Origin: a virus
Direction: 5' to 3' (one strand)
Length of the DNA stretch: 64,000 bases
Virus record (IMG/VR): IMGVR_UViG_3300012953_000014
Coordinates: 1 to 64,000 of that record
Of the stretch, positions 17,924 to 27,259 are shown piece by piece. A program made the position numbers and the translations under genes. The first letter of the stretch is position 1; every line of letters starts with the position of its first letter. A model generated the notes under the pieces. The model was not told the DNA's origin, did no database searches, and was given only the letters and a program-made list of their open reading frames with translations.

Positions 17924-19075
17924 TTATAATTTTTCAACTCTGGCATATGTACTTGGACTGGTTGTTTCTGTGTACGTACACTGATTTAAAAATCTAACCT
18001 CGTGTACAAATTTCATGTTTCCAGGCAATGAGGCATTCCACTCTTTAAAATCATCGATCATATCTTGCCTTTTTGCGTCGAGTTCTTGTTTTGTGTTACA
18101 CCCCTCAACTGATATTACAAACGTTGAATAAGTAGCTACCTTATCAACATAAAGAGCCTGGAAAGCGTGTTGAAGAGCGGCACCTTTGGTAGCATACGTG
18201 CTAGATACGACACTAACTTTAACAAGTTGATTATTTTCTTTAAAGACTCCTCCTATTTTCTTTGACTTTGTTTCACATTTACTCCAAGTATCATCCACAC
18301 CAGTCATACCAAAAGCATTAAGTTTGGACATTTCTGTCTTGATCTCATCAGTCGTATAGCTCTTTGTCTTGAACAAGTTTTGATCAGTTTTTTTGACCTT
18401 GTTCCAAAGACTTGTAAAGGAGGGCAAAGATTTTGTTAACCACTGTTTAACATATTCTCTAGCTTTAGTTCTTTTGTCTTCATCACTAAGGTGCTTAAAC
18501 TTCTCGGTTGGGGTATCTAGTTTTCCTGAACTGATAGCTTCCATTAGCCCATCCAAGTTATCGTCCTCTGACGCATTTTTGTTGTAAGAGTGTGAGTTAT
18601 TTTCCTTGTGCTGCCACTGTTTTATGTCGGCGAAGGGCTTATCAAAGTTGTTTACCCAAACAAAACCTAGATCATATTCTTCAATCAAAAAATTATCAGG
18701 AGATTTATTGATTTTTTTGAGTCCTCTGAAGCCCGTGTTTCCCCATGTTGTCGCGCAACGTGTTTCGTTTGAACTTCTATAGACTCGAACACATAAACCA
18801 CGCTCTTGGTCTTCGAGAGCAATTTCATTTGCTATTTGTGCTACACCTTGTAGGTCGCAATCATGTTTTCTAACTTGTGACCATTTATCTTGATACACTT
18901 TGTCAAGTGGTATCTTATATTCAATAACATCTTGACCCCTTACTTTGCAGTGTTTTCTTCTTCTGTCTACAGACATGTTTTGCAATGCTTCTTCTGCTTT
19001 GGTAGGGGATAACAGATTGGACTGTTCACCATTATGTAATGGAACAACGTTGTTTATTTTTTTTGCTTTAGCCAT
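17924..19075 (-). CDS. Hypothetical protein with possible degenerate ParB/Srx-like N-domain
   Basis: QVR...IA...I...Q...WGNTGF resembles the ParB-N layout, but the GxHR motif is degenerate. Confidence 0.45.
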   Translation of the reverse strand: MAKAKKINNVVPLHNGEQSNLLSPTKAEEALQNMSVDRRRKHCKVRGQDVIEYKIPLDKVYQDKWSQVRKHDCDLQGVAQIANEIALEDQERGLCVRVYRSSNETRCATTWGNTGFRGLKKINKSPDNFLIEEYDLGFVWVNNFDKPFADIKQWQHKENNSHSYNKNASEDDNLDGLMEAISSGKLDTPTEKFKHLSDEDKRTKAREYVKQWLTKSLPSFTSLWNKVKKTDQNLFKTKSYTTDEIKTEMSKLNAFGMTGVDDTWSKCETKSKKIGGVFKENNQLVKVSVVSSTYATKGAALQHAFQALYVDKVATYSTFVISVEGCNTKQELDAKRQDMIDDFKEWNASLPGNMKFVHEVRFLNQCTYTETTSPSTYARVEKL

Positions 19076-19095
19076 TTTTATATCCTTGTAAACTA

Positions 19096-19124
19096 ATCAT
19101 ATCAAAACTAAATCTTTATGTCAA
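19096..19124 (-). promoter_or_regulatory. Sigma70-type promoter
   Basis: TTGACA-N17-TATGAT. Confidence 0.75.
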
Positions 19125-19132
19125 TAAAGAAA

Positions 19133-19387
19133 TCACCCATGAAGAATATTTTTTACTTTTTGCCCAATCATGTCTGGGCTTCCAACTGCGACAATCTCTT
19201 TTCCGTTTACAAGTGTTACTCTTGAAAACTGTTGAGCTTGGTGCAAACCTGTTGGCAGTTTGCCATTCGCATGTAAGCCAGCACAAAAATCGTCAGCAAC
19301 CATTGACACAATATGTGTCGAGTTTACGACGACCTCTCTAAGATTATAGTTTTCGTTGTTTTGAGTTACCTCAACTAACTTGATCAT
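19133..19387 (-). CDS. FlbD-like small protein (likely start MIKLVEV at 19387)
   Basis: MIKL...VVNSTHIVSM...VTLVNGKEIVA...I..KV matches the FlbD/SwrD pattern. Confidence 0.5.
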   Translation of the reverse strand: MIKLVEVTQNNENYNLREVVVNSTHIVSMVADDFCAGLHANGKLPTGLHQAQQFSRVTLVNGKEIVAVGSPDMIGQKVKNILHG

Positions 19388-19763
19388 TTGTTTCTTCGGC
19401 TTCTTCGAAATCAACATCAATCCCCTCCACTGATAATACATCTTGTGGAACAACCTCTTGCGTTCCTTGCATCGTTTGTTGTGCCTCAAATACTCCAGTA
19501 TTCATATCAGCATTTGTTTTAATATACCCATTAAGGATGATAGCATAATCCATCAGACGTTCATCTATTTTTGCCAAATTGCGTCGAGTCTTGTCAACGA
19601 CTTCAAGTGCTTTGCTTGCATTTGTTTGTGAACATTCTTCGGCAGCCTCTTCGATTAGCTTCTGAGCTTCTCTAAAGTCATCATTTACTAAGATATCTAA
19701 TAGATTAGCAATGTTGTTTGGAACTTCTTCGAGATCACACCCGAAACTTACTGTTACTTTCAT
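19371..19763 (-). CDS. Hypothetical helical protein
   Basis: ORF in operon. Confidence 0.65.
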   Translation of the reverse strand: MKVTVSFGCDLEEVPNNIANLLDILVNDDFREAQKLIEEAAEECSQTNASKALEVVDKTRRNLAKIDERLMDYAIILNGYIKTNADMNTGVFEAQQTMQGTQEVVPQDVLSVEGIDVDFEEAEETNDQVS

Positions 19764-20416
19764 TATGAATTTTTTCCTTTTTTATTTGGTTTCATCAGAA
19801 ACCTTTCATCAATCTCTATTGGTTCAGGAGAACCCATAGGTAAAACTCTGTATCGCTTACCACCTTTAACCGCGTTCTTAACGGGCAAGTCATTTGCTAA
19901 AACAATACACCTTCTTAATTTAAACTTAATCATGTTCCTTTCAGACCATGTTTTTCCGACTGTTGCCCGAATCTGAGTCATTTGATTTACCTCAAACAAG
20001 GGTTCACTTTTTGTTGCTACAAGAATTTTTTGAGCATAAGAATTACTGTACATTCTTAAAAAATCTTTCCTATTAGGGGTGAATGTATCATCATCTAAAA
20101 TCTTTTGAGATATTGAGTTGTAGTAGCCTGCTGAGGTGTAATACCTTGCTATTATCTTTGCATCTTTTTTGTACTCTTCCTCATATTGTTGGACCCATGC
20201 TTGATATTGCGCTTTCTGGGCTGGTGCCCATGCACTTTCAACCTTTTGAAACGCCTCGGATTGCCTCCTCGTAAGACCTTGATTTGTATCATAAAATCTT
20301 CTAAGGGATTCAACAAATTCTCTTGTATGTAGTGAAAGGTTTTCCCTAAGTATTTTATCGATTCGAGAACCCAAGTTAGGGTTTCTATCTATATAAACTA
20401 TATCACTACGATTCAT
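19763..20416 (-). CDS. Hypothetical protein
   Basis: ORF directly after a sigma70 promoter. Confidence 0.65.
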   Translation of the reverse strand: MNRSDIVYIDRNPNLGSRIDKILRENLSLHTREFVESLRRFYDTNQGLTRRQSEAFQKVESAWAPAQKAQYQAWVQQYEEEYKKDAKIIARYYTSAGYYNSISQKILDDDTFTPNRKDFLRMYSNSYAQKILVATKSEPLFEVNQMTQIRATVGKTWSERNMIKFKLRRCIVLANDLPVKNAVKGGKRYRVLPMGSPEPIEIDERFLMKPNKKGKNS

Positions 20417-20423
20417 ATAACAA

Positions 20424-20452
20424 ATATTAACATAGGCATGAGCCTATGTCAA
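20424..20452 (-). promoter_or_regulatory. Sigma70-type promoter with palindromic spacer, leaderless
   Basis: TTGACA-N17-TAATAT with ATG 7 nt downstream; acataggc-atga-gcctatgt inverted repeat. Confidence 0.7.
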
Positions 20453-20469
20453 GATAAAAAAACATTATT

Positions 20470-20751
20470 TTATTGTATGTGAGAAATTACTGCTGCGCCG
20501 ATTGAGCCGATACCCATTGATAATAGAAGCCACAAAAATTTTCCACGATTCTTGCTTTCTTCTTCTAAAACTCGAAGTCTTGCATAAAGACCATTGTCAG
20601 GATTATAAACTGCTTCTTTAATCTTTGCAATATCAACGCTCATTCTTTCTTGATTTTCTTTAACGGCTTCCAGCGAATCCATTATCCTATCTTCAAGAAA
20701 TTCTACCCTTGTCGCTAGTTCAGATATTTTTTGAGCTTCGGATGCGGGCAT
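20470..20751 (-). CDS. Coiled-coil protein with C-terminal TM helix (holin/XhlA-like candidate)
   Basis: Heptad region followed by FLWLLLSMGIGSIGAAVI; preceded by ACTATTTA. Confidence 0.5.
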   Translation of the reverse strand: MPASEAQKISELATRVEFLEDRIMDSLEAVKENQERMSVDIAKIKEAVYNPDNGLYARLRVLEEESKNRGKFLWLLLSMGIGSIGAAVISHIQ

Positions 20752-20758
20752 GATACCT

Positions 20759-20766
20759 TAAATAGT
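20759..20766 (-). promoter_or_regulatory. ACTATTTA putative late promoter
   Basis: Motif 7 nt upstream of ATG 20751. Confidence 0.55.
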
Positions 20767-20772
20767 TTAGCC

Positions 20773-22347
20773 TCACTCTTTTGCCTCAACAATAGCATAA
20801 TCAGTTAACAATAATGTTGATGCTGCGGAGGCAGCATTTTGCAAGGCACAACGGACAACCTTAAATGGATCAATGATGCCATAAGCGAACATATTCACCA
20901 TTTCACCGGTAGCAACGTTTAGGCCAGATTCACTATTTTTATGGTTCTCTACCTTGTCTAGGTAAATGTCTGGTGATAGGCCAGCGTTAGAAACCATTTG
21001 TCTAAACGGTTCTCTGATTGCCTCTTTTAAAATGTCAACTCCAAGTTGCTGGGTTGGGTTTTCTGCTTCGACAAACAACTTGTTTGATACCCTCAAAAGT
21101 GCTGACGAACCGCCAGCAATGATGCCTTCTTGTTGTGCGGAACTTACTGCTTCGAGTGCATCTTCAACCCGATGTTTTTTCTCAGTCATCTCTACTTCTG
21201 TTAAACCACCAACCTTAATGATTGCGACAGCTGATGCAAGACGAGTTATCCTTTCTTGAATCTTTTCACACTCTGAAATGCTTGACTCTCCGGTTATTTG
21301 AACCTTTAGGGATTCAATTCTCTTCTCCACCTCCTCATCGTCCTGGTCTCCGCCGACGATGGTTGTAGAAAACTTGCTTGATTCTATGGTTTGGGCTTTG
21401 CCAAAATGCTCAAGCTTAACAGATCTTAGTTGAATGCCGCTATCTCTTGAAACAAATGTTGCTCCCACAGAGATTGCTAAGTCAGAAAGAATATTCCTTC
21501 TCTCCTCTCCATATCTTGGAGCCTTGATAGCTGCAACTTTCATCGAACCTTTCATCGCGTTCATGATCATGGCAGCTAGGGCTTGACCAGAAACATCCTC
21601 GGCGATGATGATAAATGGCCTTCCATCTCTTGCTGCAAGTTCAAGGCATGGGAGGATATCATCAATGGTTGAGATACTCCGATCTGTAACGAGAATCAAG
21701 CAGTCGTCATGGCGCATTGCTCCTCGGCGCTCGTCAGTGATAAAGGAGTTGGCCAGTAGTCCAGAATCAAAACGGAAACCTTCTGATAACTCTAATGAAG
21801 TTTCATTGGACTTCGCTTCTTGGATCGATATGGCACCATCTTTTCCAACTTGGTCGACAGCTGTTCCAATCAACTTTCCGATCCCCTTATCTCCATTCGC
21901 AGAAATAGTTGCAATCTGCTCAATCTCCTCTTTCGTCGAGACGGGCTTTGAAAGTTCTTGTAAGTTCTGAACCAACTCTTCTGTTGCCTGATCAATACCT
22001 CTTTTAAGCTCAATGGGTGAGACGTTGTTTGCCAAATGAACTTGAGCTTTCGACAAAATGGCTCGGGCCAATACAGTAGAAGTCGTTGTTCCATCACCTG
22101 CGGTACTGTTCGTTGCCTCACTTGCTTGCTTGATTACTTGGGCTCCTAAATTCTGAAAAGGATCATCAAGTTCAACGAACTTTGCAACAGTCACACCATC
22201 TTTCGTGATGATAGGCTTTAAGTCTTTGCCTTTGATAATAACATTGCGGCCTCGTGGTCCCAATGTTGCACCGACGGCGTCCGCGAGGATGTCTGCCCCC
22301 TCCATTATTGATTCATTAAGTTTACGTTTTGAGCGAAATTGTTTCAT
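20773..22347 (-). CDS. groEL: Chaperonin GroEL
   Basis: TLGPRGRNV, ITKDGVTVAK, AGDGTTT, GIIDPFKV. Confidence 0.97.
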   Translation of the reverse strand: MKQFRSKRKLNESIMEGADILADAVGATLGPRGRNVIIKGKDLKPIITKDGVTVAKFVELDDPFQNLGAQVIKQASEATNSTAGDGTTTSTVLARAILSKAQVHLANNVSPIELKRGIDQATEELVQNLQELSKPVSTKEEIEQIATISANGDKGIGKLIGTAVDQVGKDGAISIQEAKSNETSLELSEGFRFDSGLLANSFITDERRGAMRHDDCLILVTDRSISTIDDILPCLELAARDGRPFIIIAEDVSGQALAAMIMNAMKGSMKVAAIKAPRYGEERRNILSDLAISVGATFVSRDSGIQLRSVKLEHFGKAQTIESSKFSTTIVGGDQDDEEVEKRIESLKVQITGESSISECEKIQERITRLASAVAIIKVGGLTEVEMTEKKHRVEDALEAVSSAQQEGIIAGGSSALLRVSNKLFVEAENPTQQLGVDILKEAIREPFRQMVSNAGLSPDIYLDKVENHKNSESGLNVATGEMVNMFAYGIIDPFKVVRCALQNAASAASTLLLTDYAIVEAKE

Positions 22348-22402
22348 AGAACTCCTTTTTGAAAGTTATTGTGGTAAGTGTATCACACTTCAGTAATATT
22401 TG

Positions 22403-23185
22403 TCAAATATTTTTTAAAATTTTATCGATTTCAAATCCAGCACAATCGATTTTTCTATTTGTAATGTGATAATGATTAACTACCCCGTTATATGTGCCTT
22501 TTTTAACTTCTGGATAGACCGTCTGTACGGGTTGATTGTTCTTGGCGGGAGTATCTAAGGCAATTCCATAAACATTATTTAATGCTTTAGCCAAAGCTGC
22601 AAACGCCTTTTCTTGAACTGGGTAGAATCCCAAAAATGGCTCCAATTCTCTACCATGCACTTTAACATTTTTCCATAAAGGGCGGGGGCCGAAGCCTCTC
22701 TTCCTATAAAGATCTTGATATTTTGGGTAATAAGCATTGGAGATCTCAACACCGATGCTGTTATTGTTTACTGCTCGGTTGCCAGCATGGAAAGCTACAT
22801 CATTGCAATCCATTGTTTGATAGATGGTACCATCATTGTCAATAAGAAAGTGAACCGATAGTTTCCGTTTTTTTAAGATATTAAAGCAACTTTTTGACGA
22901 TAAGCAAACATCCCAGTGTGCCACAAACATATTTGGTTTTCTTTCATTTTTTGCCTTTCTGTAACAGTTTTTGGGCAATAGAAGCCCGTGTGGTTGCTTA
23001 TGGGTTATAACATCAGGCCAATCAATAACAAAAGGCTCGCCATTGCAGATTATGGACTTCTGATCTGCGGTTGGGCGGTTGGCTATCTGAACTGCTTCTC
23101 TCTCTGTTTCGTGTCTGCGGAACTCTGCTGGATCTTGTTTTGCTTTAATGAGAAAATCAACGACACTATCAAACAATTTCATCAA
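22403..23185 (-). CDS. N-acetylmuramoyl-L-alanine amidase (Amidase_2), probable endolysin
   Basis: VAHWD, SVHFLIDNDGTIYQ, AFHAG, NNNSIGVEI, H...KIDC. Confidence 0.85.
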   Translation of the reverse strand: MMKLFDSVVDFLIKAKQDPAEFRRHETEREAVQIANRPTADQKSIICNGEPFVIDWPDVITHKQPHGLLLPKNCYRKAKNERKPNMFVAHWDVCLSSKSCFNILKKRKLSVHFLIDNDGTIYQTMDCNDVAFHAGNRAVNNNSIGVEISNAYYPKYQDLYRKRGFGPRPLWKNVKVHGRELEPFLGFYPVQEKAFAALAKALNNVYGIALDTPAKNNQPVQTVYPEVKKGTYNGVVNHYHITNRKIDCAGFEIDKILKNI

Positions 23186-23795
23186 CTATTCCCCATTCAA
23201 GAGCTTGCTCGGCGTCGAAATAGGTGTCAGTTTTGCGGTCAAAGATTTCTTTTACTTCTGATTCTTTCAGTTTAGATTCGCTCGCTAGTGATTTAATGAG
23301 TTGATTTTCGTACCAGCGAACTTCTTTTAGATCAACTTCAAGCTCTTTCAAGGAACCAAACTGACCGCCAGAAACCGGATGTAACATTAATCTACAGTTT
23401 CTTCCAACTTTACGACTACCGTTAGTGCCACAGGCTAACAACAAGATTCCAGCAGACATAACTTTTCCTATGCCGTATGTCTTGATCTCAACCTCTTTTC
23501 TCAAATCCCTGATACTGTCATAGACTGAAAACATTTCTTGCACGCTTCCTCCCTCGGTTGATACTAGAACATCAATGGGGGATATCTCTTCGTCTTCCGC
23601 AAGCTTAACATTTGTTTTTAAATAATATAGGGCGGAAATAAGATTTTTGCAGTTTTCCTCGTTTACCTCTCCATAGAGATGAACAGTTCTTGATTCTTCA
23701 CTAGAGTCTGCCATATTTGGCAGAAACAACAAATCAGTCATCCTTTCTTCGTTTTGTTGTTCGTCTTTTTTGTCCTCTTGTGACTTTATTTTCAT
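23169..23795 (-). CDS. clpP: ClpP-family serine protease
   Basis: STEGGSV, VMSAG (Ser), MLHP (His), DTYFDAEQALEWGIVD. Confidence 0.9.
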   Translation of the reverse strand: MKIKSQEDKKDEQQNEERMTDLLFLPNMADSSEESRTVHLYGEVNEENCKNLISALYYLKTNVKLAEDEEISPIDVLVSTEGGSVQEMFSVYDSIRDLRKEVEIKTYGIGKVMSAGILLLACGTNGSRKVGRNCRLMLHPVSGGQFGSLKELEVDLKEVRWYENQLIKSLASESKLKESEVKEIFDRKTDTYFDAEQALEWGIVDEIV

Positions 23796-24105
23796 TACTT
23801 TCTACCTCTATGGTTTTAAAATTGTTTTCCAACCAAACTATATCCACAGTTCCGGCGATGTATTGGGCAATAATCTTTCTGTTTTTTGACCATTGGTAAG
23901 CAGACATTTGTTTTTTCTGCATTTTTTCCAAACACCATCTTAGGACTGCACTTATAATAAATACTTTCTCAGAATATATTACGTTACTCTCGTGACGAAT
24001 GAGTTCTTTTTCTTTAAGGTATTTTAGGATATATTCTCGGATTCGATTATCCATCTCCCTTGTTTGAAACTCTTCGCCAGACACTGTTTTATACCTTCTC
24101 CTCAT
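23734..24105 (-). CDS. Hypothetical protein
   Basis: ORF in operon. Confidence 0.55.
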   Translation of the reverse strand: MRRRYKTVSGEEFQTREMDNRIREYILKYLKEKELIRHESNVIYSEKVFIISAVLRWCLEKMQKKQMSAYQWSKNRKIIAQYIAGTVDIVWLENNFKTIEVESNENKVTRGQKRRTTKRRKDD

Positions 24106-24475
24106 TATATATATCAGTTAGAAGGTCCATTGCGCCCTTCCAGTCGTCGAATTCCAACTGATACTTGAAATCTTCTGGGTAATGTTCGCGGAATTCTTCT
24201 ATAATTAATTTTTTCCAATCTTGAAAGTTTTCTTGTAGTTCATTGCGGGCAATCTTGGCGTCTTCGGTGCCCTTGTAGTTCTCTATCATCTTAAGATGTA
24301 GTTGGTCTATGTATGAAACCTTGTAAACAACGGTGCCAATTAGGATAAGGCACTCTTTCGCAACCTTATCAACAAAAGTAGCTGATTGAAGAGATGTATG
24401 GCTGCGATATGCTATTGTTTTGAAAATATAGCCGCAAACAAAAGACAGAAAGCCAATAAGTAAAGATTCGTTCAT
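24089..24475 (-). CDS. Hypothetical protein with N-terminal TM helix
   Basis: ORF; leaderless start after TTGAAT-N17-TATACT (24483-24511). Confidence 0.6.
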   Translation of the reverse strand: MNESLLIGFLSFVCGYIFKTIAYRSHTSLQSATFVDKVAKECLILIGTVVYKVSYIDQLHLKMIENYKGTEDAKIARNELQENFQDWKKLIIEEFREHYPEDFKYQLEFDDWKGAMDLLTDIYNEEKV

Positions 24476-24595
24476 GAATGTTAGTATATATTATATCTAC
24501 ACTAAATTCAAGAACAATTTTGAAGGGATAGTAAAAAAATTAAAGCTGTGATGAAAACACCCAAATGAAACCCTAAAGAAAAGGGTGCGAGATAT

Positions 24596-24979
24596 TCATT
24601 TAGTTTTTTTTTGTTGCCAGTCATTTATAGCAGCCTTGATAGCATCTTCTGCAAGAACAGAACAGTGGACTTTGACAGGAGGTAGCGAAAGCTCATTAAC
24701 AATCTCTTTGTTGGTGATTTTTGCGGCATCCTCTATCGTCCTTTGCTTGAGCCACTCAGTAACGAGTGACGAACTAGCTATTGCCGAACCGCATCCGAAA
24801 GTTTTAAACTTGGCATCGACTATCACACCACTGTTGTCAACTTCAATTTGAAGGCGCATGACATCACCACAAGCGGGTGCGCCGACGATGCCTGTTCCTA
24901 CATCTGGACTGTCTTTGTCTAAGGTTCCCACATTTCGTGGGTTTTCGAAATGATCTATTATTTTTTTTCCGTAAGACAT
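24596..24979 (-). CDS. iscU: Fe-S cluster scaffold IscU
   Basis: DHFENPRNVG, GAPACGDVM, FKTFGCGSAIASSS, LPPVKVHCS. Confidence 0.97.
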   Translation of the reverse strand: MSYGKKIIDHFENPRNVGTLDKDSPDVGTGIVGAPACGDVMRLQIEVDNSGVIVDAKFKTFGCGSAIASSSLVTEWLKQRTIEDAAKITNKEIVNELSLPPVKVHCSVLAEDAIKAAINDWQQKKTK

Positions 24980-24986
24980 GCAATTA

Positions 24987-25015
24987 AGTATACATCACAT
25001 CTTACGGAAAGTCAA
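24987..25015 (-). promoter_or_regulatory. Sigma70-type promoter, leaderless iscU
   Basis: TTGACT-N17-TATACT with ATG 7 nt downstream and no SD. Confidence 0.7.
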
Positions 25016-25020
25016 TAACT

Positions 25021-25632
25021 TTATTTATTTTCTGTTTTTGAGTCTTCAAGAAGTCTATTAACAACTCGTTTGTAGACTGCCTTTTTAACTTCTTCCAGTT
25101 GTTCAGCTGAAACTGTCGCGTTCTCGGGTTCCTCAACAATTTCAATGTTCAACCCTTTCAGAGCAGCTTCATAAAGAGAATCTTCTGACTCTCCATACAT
25201 GCCATATCCGCCACGCTTGCCAGGTTCTTCCATGTCAACCTCGACCTCTTCTTCTGCGGCTTCTTCGTCCATCTCTGGAGCATCCATCTCAGCGTCCATT
25301 TCTTCAGCTTCGTCTGAACCGAGAGCAGCTTCTAGTTTGTCAATAAGTGGTTCGGCAGCCTTAAGCGCATCCAATGCAGCGCGGGCTTCGTCATCAGAAA
25401 GAGTTACCTCGTCGCCTTCGGCAGCGGCTTCTTCAGCCTCATCCTCAGCTTTTTCTTCTGCTGGTTCATCGGCCATTTCTGGCTCAACATCAAGCGCATC
25501 AAGATCCATATGCTCTTCTTCTGCAACATATGTTTCGCCAACGAAACGGTCAGAAAGTGATTCGATCTCTGCGAGCCTCATCATTCGGCGGATTGTGCCT
25601 TCATTTAAAAGTGGTTTTTTGTTTTTTGACAT
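25021..25632 (-). CDS. Highly acidic protein, putative prohead core/scaffold-type
   Basis: Glu/Asp/Ala-rich; LLNEGTIRRMMRLA N-terminus; ACTATTTA at 25671-25678 and a strong SD. Confidence 0.55.
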   Translation of the reverse strand: MSKNKKPLLNEGTIRRMMRLAEIESLSDRFVGETYVAEEEHMDLDALDVEPEMADEPAEEKAEDEAEEAAAEGDEVTLSDDEARAALDALKAAEPLIDKLEAALGSDEAEEMDAEMDAPEMDEEAAEEEVEVDMEEPGKRGGYGMYGESEDSLYEAALKGLNIEIVEEPENATVSAEQLEEVKKAVYKRVVNRLLEDSKTENK

Positions 25633-25701
25633 TTACTAGTCTCTCCTTAAACTTTAGTAGTTCTCTGGTATAAATAGTAGGTAAAACTGGAAAAAGACTC
25701 C

Positions 25702-25944
25702 CTATAAGATATTGAAAATGCCATTTATTCTAACATTCATCTTCTTTAGGGCCTCGTTTTCAATTTGCTTAACCCTTGAAGGGGTGAGGTTGAGCCTTTC
25801 TCCAATCTCACGAAACACTAGTTTGTCTTTTTTTTGCACTGCAACCTCTGTGCAATTTAAATCTTTTGGATAATTTATCCACAATCGACAATCCTTCTTC
25901 TTACAAGGTTTGTTGCCAATCTTACATTTATCATAACATTTCAT
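25702..25944 (-). CDS. Sigma-70 region-4-like HTH protein with Cys-rich N-terminus
   Basis: FREIGERLNLTPSRVKQIENEALKKM. Confidence 0.8.
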   Translation of the reverse strand: MKCYDKCKIGNKPCKKKDCRLWINYPKDLNCTEVAVQKKDKLVFREIGERLNLTPSRVKQIENEALKKMNVRINGIFNIL

Positions 25945-26261
25945 AGATCTGGGTGCTCCTTTTCCAAGATATCAAAAATACTGTCAACTTCTTCGTCGCC
26001 TAAAGCAAATTTGCTCTCGATATCTTTGGCTTGCTTCATATTAGTCATAATTTTTTTCCTCTGTTCATTGTTCTGAACGGAGTTATGTTTTTTAAATTTA
26101 TTAATATAGATCATAAGTTCGGGATCTTTCTTAATATATCCCTCAATTATTGAACGGAAAAACTTAACTTGAGTCAAGCTATCGTATTGTAGTTGTATTT
26201 TGAAATCTGCTTTATCTCTTTCCGATAAAGTAAACATAACTCTGGTTTTCTTCTCGGACAC
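25941..26261 (-). CDS. Hypothetical protein, possible ribbon-helix-helix (GTG start at 26261)
   Basis: GGAGAGG SD before GTG; KTRVMFTLSERDK pattern. Confidence 0.55.
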   Translation of the reverse strand: MSEKKTRVMFTLSERDKADFKIQLQYDSLTQVKFFRSIIEGYIKKDPELMIYINKFKKHNSVQNNEQRKKIMTNMKQAKDIESKFALGDEEVDSIFDILEKEHPDL

Positions 26262-26262
26262 T

Positions 26263-26751
26263 CTACCTCTCCATCGATTTGATACGGATGCCGGGTGCCC
26301 AACTGTATCCGCCAAAGACAACAACTGCCGATGGGAAAGGTGCAGAGTTCATGCCAAGACCATCGTCTTTTTGAAACTTCAATCTACCCTTTATAAAATA
26401 AATCGTGGTTGCGCCCTTCATGATATAGTCATGCCAATATTTGGTATCTGTTCTTGCTGGAATCAACATAGCAACTGTTGTTCCATTATCTCTAGCCTCT
26501 TCATATGATTTTTGAACCCACTTTCCGACATCACTATATGGGGGGTTTACAAAAACTGTTTCACCTGCCCAGCTTTTAGTCAACCCATCGTCTTCAGCAG
26601 TGTAATATTTATCACACTTATGATTTGCATAGTTGGCGCAAGGATCCAGAGTAAAATTAAATAATCGATTCAACTTATCGTAAAAAGTCTGTGGAGTTCC
26701 CCATTCATTAGACTTGGAACTGAACATCAATTTTTGTGTTTGTGTATCCAT
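26263..26751 (-). CDS. Phage N6-adenine DNA methyltransferase
   Basis: EWGTP, FTLDPCA, FVNPPYS, LIPARTDT, GRLKF. Confidence 0.9.
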   Translation of the reverse strand: MDTQTQKLMFSSKSNEWGTPQTFYDKLNRLFNFTLDPCANYANHKCDKYYTAEDDGLTKSWAGETVFVNPPYSDVGKWVQKSYEEARDNGTTVAMLIPARTDTKYWHDYIMKGATTIYFIKGRLKFQKDDGLGMNSAPFPSAVVVFGGYSWAPGIRIKSMER

Positions 26752-26760
26752 AATATTCCT

Positions 26761-27258
26761 CTATTTTTTCTCTTCGGTTTTATCTGTTGAGCCCAGTGCG
26801 CCGTCGCCTCTGTCTGACAGGGTGATGGGATACCAGCCATATAAATCGCCATTGCCAGTTTCGACGGCACGAAAATGAACAACAGGGACCATTACTGCCT
26901 GAGCAATCTTTGTTCCTGGTTCAACTACTTGAGGGGTGTTGCCCACATTGTGAAGGTTAATAAAGACTTCACCATCATACCCGCTATCAACAACGCAAGC
27001 TCCAACAATCAAAGACTTTTTCGCTGCAACGCCGGAGCGGTTTTTGATCTCCAACATATAACCATGCGGCACACCGAACCTGTATCCGGTCGACAACAGT
27101 GCTGACTCACCAGGTTCGATTACCATACTGTCTAACTTTGATGATGGTAAAAATCCTTGGGGGTCTGGATTAAAATATAAATCTAGGCCCGCGTCGGACG
27201 GGTTTGCTCGTTCTGGTGGTTTCACACTTTCTCTAACTCTTGCATATTCAACAATCAT
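26761..27258 (-). CDS. dut: Trimeric dUTPase
   Basis: DAGLDL, RSGVA, VVDSGYDGE, IAQ, RGDGALGST. Confidence 0.95.
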   Translation of the reverse strand: MIVEYARVRESVKPPERANPSDAGLDLYFNPDPQGFLPSSKLDSMVIEPGESALLSTGYRFGVPHGYMLEIKNRSGVAAKKSLIVGACVVDSGYDGEVFINLHNVGNTPQVVEPGTKIAQAVMVPVVHFRAVETGNGDLYGWYPITLSDRGDGALGSTDKTEEKK

Positions 27259-27259
27259 T

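Noticed and set aside
20773-24979. Bacterial chromosomal origin of groEL/clpP/iscU (host contamination)
   Set aside because: The genes lack their bacterial operon partners and are interleaved with phage genes and phage promoter motifs.
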